From Tubiluchus corallicola (taxonomy: Eukaryota; Animalia; Priapulida), in the NCBI GenBank assembly GCA_030141605.1, contig JAQGDQ010000002.1, positions 2,046,001-2,110,000 on the forward strand: a DNA stretch of 64,000 nt. The letters run 5' to 3'. A program made the position numbers and the translations under genes. The notes under the pieces were generated by a model that searched no databases, was not told where the DNA came from, and saw only the letters and a list, made by a program, of their open reading frames with translations. Shown in pieces: positions 54,501 through 64,000 of the stretch (position 1 is the stretch's first letter; each line of letters opens with the position of its first letter).

Positions 54501-57500
54501 CGGCACACATAGAATTCCATGAGTTGTAAATGTTTTTTTTTTAAATCACTGAATCGGGCTGTTAGCAGATAAATTGGGCAAAAGCTCTATGTGGACATAA
54601 TCGCTATAACGATCCAATACTTCTTGTTTTGATATTTGAAGACATCGCTCAAAACAATCTGATAAGAATACTTTAGAACTGGATATAACACCATTGGCTC
54701 CAACTATTTTGAGTTCACTATGCCAAAAAATCACATCACAAGAACACTTATGTGCAGCTTCGATACCCCAATGAGCTTCGGTCGACCTTGTTTTCATCTG
54801 AGGTTGCGTCATTTTAGATATAACAACACATGTGCCCTGAAAAACTGAACCGTCTTGAATTCTAATCTCAACATGATAAGGTCAATAGTCTCTAATACAC
54901 ACCTCTCATCACGAATAGCATCATCTTCTACTGCATTCATATGTTTCAGATCTGCATACGTGCTAGGTACAGAAGCTAAAGCATACATTATCGACTTCTT
55001 CTCTGAGACACAACTGTCTATGTTGGGAAAAGCAGCCCTGGACAAAGCATCCCAGATGTGCATCTCTTTCCTGGCTGAGGTACATATCTTCAAGTCATAT
55101 CTTTGCAGTCTCAACTTCACCCGTTGTAGTGTTTTTGGTGCTTCCACTTAAATGGTCTTCTTTCATCTCCTAATCTTCGCAAAGTTCACTAATTGTAGTG
55201 AACCGCAGTGAATTTCATTAACTAAGTGACTACTCCTAGTAGATGCTGAACTCCCTTGACATTGGTCGGACAAGGCATAATCTTGTTTGGTGTGATTTTT
55301 TCCAGGTTTGCGTCTATACTGCGTCCTTGCTGATTGCATGTCCCGTGTACTTTATTTTGCTTAAACTAAATACAAGCTTCTTGGCATTTAGCTTTAAGTT
55401 ACACTCATGAGCTCGTTCTAAGACTCCAGAAAAGCTCTATCATGGTTCTTGTTGGCTAACATCATCTGTGTCTCCGTTCCCATAGATGCGGATATCATAA
55501 ATGCCAATAAATTCAGCATCTTTTAAATCTTCAAGACACTGAAATTCACTTACTGAAATTTGTCTTTGAGTTCTTTCTGCAGATGTACTTTCAGTCACCA
55601 AGAGAAATGTTGCACTGGCTTTACTTCTGGTGTTAGCAGCTTCCCGGTGTTACCTAAACCTTTGAATACACCTTGTGTGTGTCGAAGGACTTGCTGTTTT
55701 GTAAGTTCTACTTCTTCGATTTTATAAGTGACTCTGAATCAATAGCCAGCAGTTTGAGTTTTTCACAAGTGCTTGCTGACAGCAACGTGACTGGACCATT
55801 TACGGCTTCTTCGAAATGTACTTGATTTAAGTTTCACATGTAGAATGTCATACTGGATCGACTGTACTCCCATTGTATACTTTCAATCTCGGTCCAATGA
55901 CTTGTCTGTATACAGTGGTGTTGCGCGACTCATCCATATTCATTTGAAACACGACTTTAGAGCTTTGATTTCCATTGACAAACTTTAGCTCAGCTCAATA
56001 GCGTTTTCTTAAAATCAAAGATCGAATAGCACACTGCAGTGTCTGTAATACAAATCAGTCTAGACACTGTATGACTGAACTGCATGTAGTGTTCTACTCT
56101 TCGATTGTCTCTGGCTGTTTGTTTGTTGACTCTCTTTTACTCATTAAATCTTTGCAGCACTTTGCAAAATCATTAGGGTTTTCACAGTTTTTTCTATCAT
56201 ATTTATGTGTGCCATCAGAAAATTTGCACTTGCAGCTGGTGTAAAGTTCTGATGTCTAATTTTGACAAAATGTAGTTATAACTTGCTCGCTCTTCCTCCG
56301 TCATTGCTAAATGCTCTAGTATGTTGGGACACTCATTGCCCATGACAATATATAGAGCCGCCATGTAAATTTATTCCCAACTGTTCATTGAATTTTGTAG
56401 CTAATCAACAGTCTTGCAGGAGGATTTAAAATTTTTAGAGTTTCGTAACCACATCCCCACTGATACACACTGACTGCGACACCGGTAAACTTTGACCAGG
56501 CATCATTAGAAGCACAGGTACTAAAATGTTCAGCAAATATTTATCAATAAAGCTACTTGAATTTGACTTCGCGATTCTGGATTTATGTACCAAAATTAAA
56601 TCTACGGCTCGCAAAAAATAACTCTACTGCAATTATGTAACATCTGTAGTGTGAAGAAAGCTAACATGGTGAACAAATTAATGGTAGGAAATCTATCGAA
56701 GCGTAGATAACTTTACACTTGCATTTTAACTGCTATGATAAGTGGTAAATGCAGAGTTTGATACCTCAGGTATCCTTGAAATTTCTACTTTATCATAGCA
56801 GACTTTGGATAGAGTTTCTTGATGAACGCAGGTATGAATTTGTCAAAAATGTGACACCACAAAAATGAAACACGATATGCTGGAATGGACAACAAACAAA
56901 ACTCCTTTATTGTACATGCGTCACAATAATGCTATCCTTACAATTAGTGACCTTAATCTTAAAATCGTATTTTTAATGACTTGGTTTTCACATGAATATT
57001 TGTATTGAGTATGCGACTAATTTTGTTAATGTATTCATAGATACTGAACTTACGTATTAGAAGAAAAAGTTGTTACAATTTAAATTAAATTAATAGGTAC
57101 CCCACGTCTGATGTCTCTTTTCTTGCTACGTCGAGGCAGGGTACTGTACTGACGGTCACCACGTTCTGGTGCAGGCGTTAAAAGTGGAGTGTCCTACAGA
57201 ATAAGTAATATTAATTCAATTGTGTTCTAATTGAACTTGCAAGAAAATTGCTTCTCTTGTTTAATGTTTTGTATGCAAATATACATCAATCTGCTTGCAA
57301 AAATGTTAGGCTATAAAACAACTGCAGTAGGTTTTTTGGAATGCTAGTAAATATTACCATAAGCAACGAAAATAAAATAATTATTACTAAAAGATGTATA
57401 TAGTAATATTATGAAAACTTGATAAAGGCACTCATGCTTACAAATATGCAAGCAAATTTGACAATAAATGTTTTCTGTAATTAATTTTTCTATATTAAAT

Positions 57501-60500
57501 AATTATTAAGTGTTAAATTTAGATACTGCTAAATATAACAAAAAACTGAAAAACTGCCATTACACATTACATATTACAAATACAACCTAACAAAAATCAG
57601 TTTCACTTAATTTTCCTTCAGAAACATACAAATACGTACCCCTTGCTGACTGATAGACAGGAATTGCTCCTCTGCTTTTTCCATGCAAGCTTTTACCTCG
57701 TCTTCTTGCCTATCAAGAGCAGCTTTAGGAACATCTGTGTCTTCAATGTTAACTTGAGGCACATCAGCATTTTCACTATCAACATGTGTTACTTCCTGCT
57801 TATTATCATCTGCATTGACAACCTCTTCTTTGGATAAAGGCAATACTTCCAGATTCACCTGCCGATCATTATGATCAGTTTGCTCATATGGCAACTCATT
57901 ACTAACATTCACGTCTTCGTCTTTCTCTGCTTGTTTTTTCTTATGTTTTTCCTGTTTTTCTTTAGCAGGCTTCTCCTTGTGTTTGTCTTTTGCATGCCTG
58001 CGAAAACCAAAATGGAAACCCTTTGATTCCTTTTGCTTTTTCTCAGAAGGCGTGGTAGCAGACGTCTCAAGCGACTCCGCTTCTTCCTGAAATTGCAATT
58101 GAAACACACTTTTTACATGTGGTTTCTAGTAAATTTAATCACATTTTTAAATATATAGCACATATAGCAAGACCATTCACTGATGACATGTTTCATATAT
58201 TTAAATATACCATCGCCATAAACATAGATAATTGTATAAACAAGTATGTAAACAGAAGGTGCTTAACTATTTGATAACGAATCTCAATCTTACGTTATTG
58301 TAGTTTCGTAATAGCTAGCTGCCAATAAACATTACACTGCTAATACAAAAACTAAGCATACCTCTACATTTCCTGGAATTATTCGACAGGCAAGCTGAAT
58401 TAAACCCGATTCTGCCTCCCACAACCTGTACCAGTCTGGTTCACCCTTAATAAGCACGATAAATAATGCTTTACTGGTAATAATAATAATTGTATTAATC
58501 AACTTATGGATAACATGCTGTTGTTTGTAGGTAAATATGGTAAACCAACACAAATGTACAAATATGCATCTAGTATGCATAGATTAACAATGTGTATGTA
58601 AATATCACAATATAACTACGTCCAGATTTTCGTATCAGACGCAAATAACAGTTAAGTGCTTGGTGCTGATAGCCTGGGTTTGGTAAAAAGCAAACTATAA
58701 ATAGGTTCAACTGTTTTGCAAAAAATTAAATGATTATGCTTGCAAACTGTAGGAACTTTTAGGTGCTTTCCTTTTAAAAAATTCACTTGTACTGGCAATA
58801 TTTATTGGCTCGCTGGTGACACCATTAGTTCTTATGGTATTTTAGCATGCGCTTGAAATGAATTTAGTTGGACTACATATGCATTTTGCTAAGTTATATG
58901 AATGCTCCCAAGACATTCTGTTGAAAAAACTTGACAAAATTTGGTCGCTTATTATGTTAATTTTTCACACTTTTGAAGAAAGTTACTTGGCAAGTATTCA
59001 TTCTGGCATAAAAACTTTTGATCATTTGCAGGAACCATGGGTAAAGACAGGGCAGCACAAAGTCTGTTGTCCCTTACAGAACACAAAGTCTGTTGTCCCT
59101 TACAGAATAGAAGCGAATAAAGAAATGCCATATAATAATAGAACAACAACAATTATCATCTACGATAAATGGAAATTTAATATTAAAATGATACAATACC
59201 CTATCAGACAGTTTCCGAACATCGTATTTGGTCAAACCGACAGAACCCAGGCTGTCTTTAGTCGACTCCAGCCAGTCTTTATCCCAAACCATCTGGAAAA
59301 AAGAATTTACTGGTTACAATGTGATGCAGCCAACACCTAGTTTACATTTTATTTGTATAAAGGAAAGTTAACTTTTCATTTTAAGTTAATTTAAAAAAAT
59401 TTAATTTTTTTTGTGGTACGATGCACAGCTTGCATGGCACGCAAGTGCAAAAGTGCAAACTGGATACTCACTGGAATTAAAGAAAGAACATTTTTGCAGC
59501 AAATGAAACCCTATCAGTTACTAGAAAAAAACATGATTCTTTTTGGTATAATATTTCAATATGTTAACCATTGATTTTACTAATAAATTGAATTACAATG
59601 CGGATAGCAGCTTGAGATGTAATCATTGGTAATAAGACTGTTTCATCCCAATAAGGGTCCAAAGTATGCTTCTTTACTGTCGTTTTGTACTTCCGCTCTT
59701 TGCCAACAAATACCTCACAGTATGGATCACTAGAACCTGTAAATTGAAAAATAAGTTTAAGATTAAATTTATTTGCTTTTCTATAGCATTTCAATTGCAT
59801 GCTCTAGAATGCTTCACAATAACCCAACATGTTTACCCTACAAGGATTGTTATTAAGCAACTACTAAAATAAACATAAACCATTAAACAATGCAATGTTA
59901 TGCATAAAAATATTACAAATGTTACATATTTTAGAAATGTTGCAATAGCTTGAAAGTTAAAATGTCATACGACTTGAGTTTTTCAGCAAGGAAAACAGAA
60001 ACAGCGAAATGTTAAAATGTTGATGCATCCTATGTTTACCATTCAAATCTTTAGCCATCAAGTCCTGAGCTCGAATAATAGACAACTCCACAGCTACTGG
60101 ACCTTGATCACCTAAGTTTGCACAAAAAAACCAAACCCCTGTGAATTTCACGAATGTTGATTAGGCAAATAATGTGATACTAAAGTACACTAAAACACAA
60201 AGAAAATTATTGGCTTCTTAAGATTTACTAATCAAAACAAACATAAAAATGACACTATAAATAAAATACCACCTAAGCTGAGCAAAGACAAAGAGAAAGA
60301 TAATCATTTACTACCGCTCATATAACAGATATAATCAAAATGAATAATCATTCAGCAACTTAGTGATACAATTGCAATTACACAAACAAAAAATAACACG
60401 TGGAGCATGTCCTGGCATATGCAGTGCCATTTGAGTGTCAAGTCACAACCTCTATAAGCATGTCTCATATGCAGTGCCATTTGAGTGTCAAGTCACAACC

Positions 60501-63500
60501 TCTATAAGCATGTCTGTTGCAGCCTTGATGACTTGGTCAGTGACATCAAGAAACAGCTGGCTACTGAAAATGCAGTTTCAGCTAAATGAATGTTACAGCC
60601 AAAAACCAAATTTAAAGAAGCAAAACTAGAAAGAATTTTTCAACATTTGATTTGACAAAGGTTGTCAGCTATATATAAATTTTTACTTTACCAAGTAATT
60701 TATGCTCCCAGTATTGCTGCAAAAACAAACTGTTGCTTAAAATGCACTTACCATCCCCTACCACTTCATGGAAAGCTGCTGGCCTGTAACCAGGAGCTGC
60801 AGAACTTCTCACATCCGCTAAAGATCCAGTTTCAGTAAATCTGATTGATAATCCATATGGGTCGACCAATGCTAGAAAAAGTTGTTAGCTCACTACAGTA
60901 TTGAACTTTTTTATTGTCATGTAATGTTATACACCAAAAAGTATTTTCTCAATATAATTTGTTTATGTATTTTGAAAAATGCTTATTTTTCATCTAAATT
61001 AAATAAAACAAATTCCTTTTAAGTATGTTAACTTAACATTCCGCTTTCTATCGCTTCTAAACCAACAAACGTCATTGGGTTGATAAAGTAAACAAACCTA
61101 CACATTTGCAAAGCATCCATGACACGTCCGTGAATCCAGCCCTTTATGACCGGGTATTCCATTGGTTTAAAGGCTCTCAGAATTCTCACACTAAACCATG
61201 CTTCAGGTCTAAACATGCAATCGTGCATAACAACGAAAAGATTATGTTAATTTATTCACCATACAGTACACATGCCTCATGAACAACAATGAACAAAAAG
61301 CAAACATAAATACATTAGTGGAAACAATTATTCGAACTTCTCTATCCACACGAAATGACATTTTTTAAAAGGGTTAGTATTACGTAACTAAAACTACTAA
61401 TAATGTTTGAATTCTAACAAAAAAAGAAAAAACATATGATGCATAAATGAAAGACCAATTGTATAAATTAAATAATCTAATAATTTAATTAGAAAATAAA
61501 CTAAGAAACTGTTCATACTTCTCTACAAATGAAAACGTAGTTTCTGCAATGTGAGGATAAGGGACTGAGCGATCCATGTGCAGTATGATGCGTAGCTTTC
61601 CAGATAAATTCAAATCTTCCACAAAAATATTCAGTCGGCCTTTGTTACTATAAAAATTTCAGTAATGGATGAGCAGAACAATAACTACACTGTTAGCTAT
61701 GAAAATACTGTAGGTTTTGTAAGCCTAATGCTCAATAATTTAAAGTAATAGTCAAAATAAGTGAACAAAATTTAGCTATGAAATTTTCCGTTATTGAGAT
61801 ATGTTAAGATGTCACCTATTAGTTCGCATTTTAAGTGGTGTTTTAACAATAGATACAGACAAGCTTCAAAATTAAAATTTAAGAAAAATAGCCTCTGTTG
61901 TTTGTATTCTACACTCTGTAATAATGACATACAATAGTTACTCTACCTTTTAGCAACATAGACCATTTTGAAATCATCAGACCGTAGTTCAATTTTGGCC
62001 ATCATGCCAATTTTGTACGTATTTTTATGATCAAGACCAGAAGGAGGAAACATGAAGGAACCAGGTGTTGCAGATTGCTCCTCACCATAGTCATCACAAA
62101 CTTCAAATGCGCTGATATGTTTAATATATGGAGTTGTACTTCCAAAACTGAATGCCACCAAATCCAGTGATTCTAACATGTAAACGACAAAACTTTTACC
62201 TCAACTAAATGCACATTCTCAAAAATAAGGAAAGGAAATCAAATTTGGCTGCTGTACAGGACAGCTAAAAACCGCACTGCACCACTCACTATTTCACACC
62301 ATAAATTGACTTTCTAACGACCACACAAAAAATACAGAAAGTAAGCAATAAAACTCAGAGCCCATCACACACAATTAGAATTTCTGTTGGTCAAGAAAAG
62401 TCGGTAACGTACTGATGTCTAAAACTGCGCAATCAGGGACACATTACAACTATTTCTAGCTTATGTCTTGTCTCTTTAACTGGAATATTTTGCTAACTAT
62501 TATATACCCAAAAATGATGGTAAAGAATGTGACAGCAAAGGCTCGACAAGTTGTCTCGTGTGTGGAAACGATTCGCTGCTGCTAAAAATCCACCTGGAAT
62601 TGGCAAAACAACAATTACTATACATATGTAAATCACACTAACATTGAAAGCAAATGATGAATTTATCTAACATTTGCCACTAGCTGTAATGTTTACTGAT
62701 ACAAATTTACATCAACATTTTATTAAAACATATTTCCAAAAATATTTACTGTATCATAAAAATACCTAAATAACTGAAATGTGCATTACAAAAAAATCTA
62801 TTCACAACAAGATTTAGCAACCACACAATTAGCGCAGCAATTTAATTAGTGCCACAATATACTATAATTATAATATTCATTGAATGCTTCTTATGATTAT
62901 AATTAGAAGAAACATCACAATGCATTAATATAGTTGTTAATATTAGTATACAACCAAAAAAATGATAGAATTTAGATCAATTAATAAACCAAATGATATG
63001 ATTAGCAATAAGTACTCTGCGGGACTTCTTGCAAAATGAATGATATTATGCACTCAACAGGTGTCTTTGCACACACTACAGTATAGAGAGTTGTAGTTGT
63101 TTTAGTCAAGTTTTAACTACATGATCAAATTCATGACAATAATTATTTCTTACAGTATCAACTGTTTTAAATTAGCTGGCAATTAATGATATCATTAGCT
63201 AAATTATAACTGTGAATGCCAGAATATTCATAAACCATTGCGAGTAATAAGTTGAAGAAAGAAAGGAAATGCTGAAATTCACAATGATTCACAAAATAAA
63301 TAACGAGGCTTACCATCTGTTAAAAAGGAAATTTAGCCATTCCATAGTTTCTCCATCATGGCTCAAGGCTCGCTTGCGATGCAACAGGAGCTGCTCATGA
63401 TGAATGAAGTCCTCAGTAATTTTAAATAACTGTTTACGCCAAACCTTGACAAAGGATTAGCTGAATGAGCAAAAAACACAAAAAGCTGGCAAAAGCTTTA

Positions 63501-64000
63501 TAAGAGACTCAGTTCAGAATTTATACCACTCTATATGACATTTTTGTTCATAAAGCATAGTTAGAAGAGCATCAAGAGTTTCCAAATTACATAAGTTTGA
63601 TCATCATGGGATGACGAAACTAACAAAGTTTTGGTTTATCAAACTGAGTATGACAGTGTCAAACCTGCGTGATATCATCAAAAAGGTTGTCCACTTTCAT
63701 TGATCACCTGCTACGTGTTTTGAATAGACTACCAACAAATATGTCTTGTCATAGAACATATGCTTTGCAATTGCAAGTGTTTGCAACTAACTGGGAGGCC
63801 AGCTCTGAAGCTTTTAGAATGACAGTTTCTTATACTGCAGTTAAAAGCTCATCGTGTCAGTAGTCTATTATTCAATTCTATTCAGTTCATGTACATTTTA
63901 TTTACCCTAAATATAAAGGCTGCAACAGCAATGATCCAAATGATAGAAAAGTTCCATGCTCCAAGACCCCAAGAAATCACCAAGCATACGCAAACAGTTA
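51596..64000 (-). CDS. Extended-synaptotagmin/tricalbin-like protein (TM hairpin - SMP - C2 - charged linker - divergent C2); 5' end beyond window
   Basis: 19 phase-consistent exons: 64000-63906, 63444-63314, 62593-62508, 62172-61947, 61647-61519, 61208-61102, 60871-60752, 60111-60040, 59736-59597, 59292-59200, 58445-58362, 58086-57640, 57193-57101, 53657-53560, 53348-53272, 53107-52987 (or 52984), 52694-52589, 52445-52325, 51729-51596; about 825 aa in window. TM segment ISWGLGAWNFSIIWII; SMP start ETMEWLNFLFNRWW and FSFGSTTPYI; C2 IIRAQDLMAKDLNGSSDPYCEV...TLDPYWDE...VWDKD. Confidence 0.88.
53780..56860 (-). mobile_element. Decayed Ty3/Gypsy LTR retrotransposon (pol remnants) in an intron of the ESyt-like gene, same orientation
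   Basis: RNase H end APKTLQRVKLRLQRYDL...KEMHIWDALSRA (55147-55030); integrase Zn-finger remnant HWGIEAAHKCSCDVIFW (about 54780-54720); degenerate RT YxDD region IYDIRIYGNGDT (about 55510-55470); PBS-like TGGTGTCA at 56858-56851. Many stops and frameshifts; no intact LTR pair seen; boundaries approximate. Confidence 0.85.
59056..59107. repeat. 26-bp exact tandem duplication
   Basis: cacaaagtctgttgtcccttacagaa twice, intronic. Confidence 0.9.
60416..60515. repeat. 50-bp exact tandem duplication
   Basis: catatgcagtgccatttgagtgtcaagtcacaacctctataagcatgtct twice, intronic. Confidence 0.9.

Noticed and set aside
58858-59340. 160-aa plus-strand ORF nested in the ESyt-like gene
   Set aside because: Antisense to a real C2 exon, spans a 26-bp duplication and shows no recognisable domain.

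Overview
AT-rich, intron-rich eukaryotic (metazoan, probably invertebrate) genomic DNA, so the ORF track shows only exon fragments. By hand I rebuilt six spliced or single-exon genes with phase-consistent GT-AG junctions. Minus strand: WDR26 (5' part, runs off the left edge), ADP-dependent glucokinase ADPGK (7 exons, 481 aa), an intronless signal-anchored TTLL15-type ATP-grasp ligase, BTBD7 (9 exons, 812 aa) and an extended-synaptotagmin-like TM-SMP-C2 gene (19 exons in window, runs off the right edge). Plus strand: a 71-aa COX8 (3 exons). Introns and intergenic DNA carry hAT-, Tc1/pogo- and Ginger2-like MITEs, LINE 3' ends, a decayed Ty3/Gypsy element and several local duplications. The strongest lead is a conserved, NLS-like WDR26 N-terminal extension upstream of the first in-frame AUG, with a CUG in strong Kozak context and an intervening out-of-frame uORF, suggesting non-AUG initiation shared with vertebrate WDR26. 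Family assignments come from remembered motifs, not database searches.
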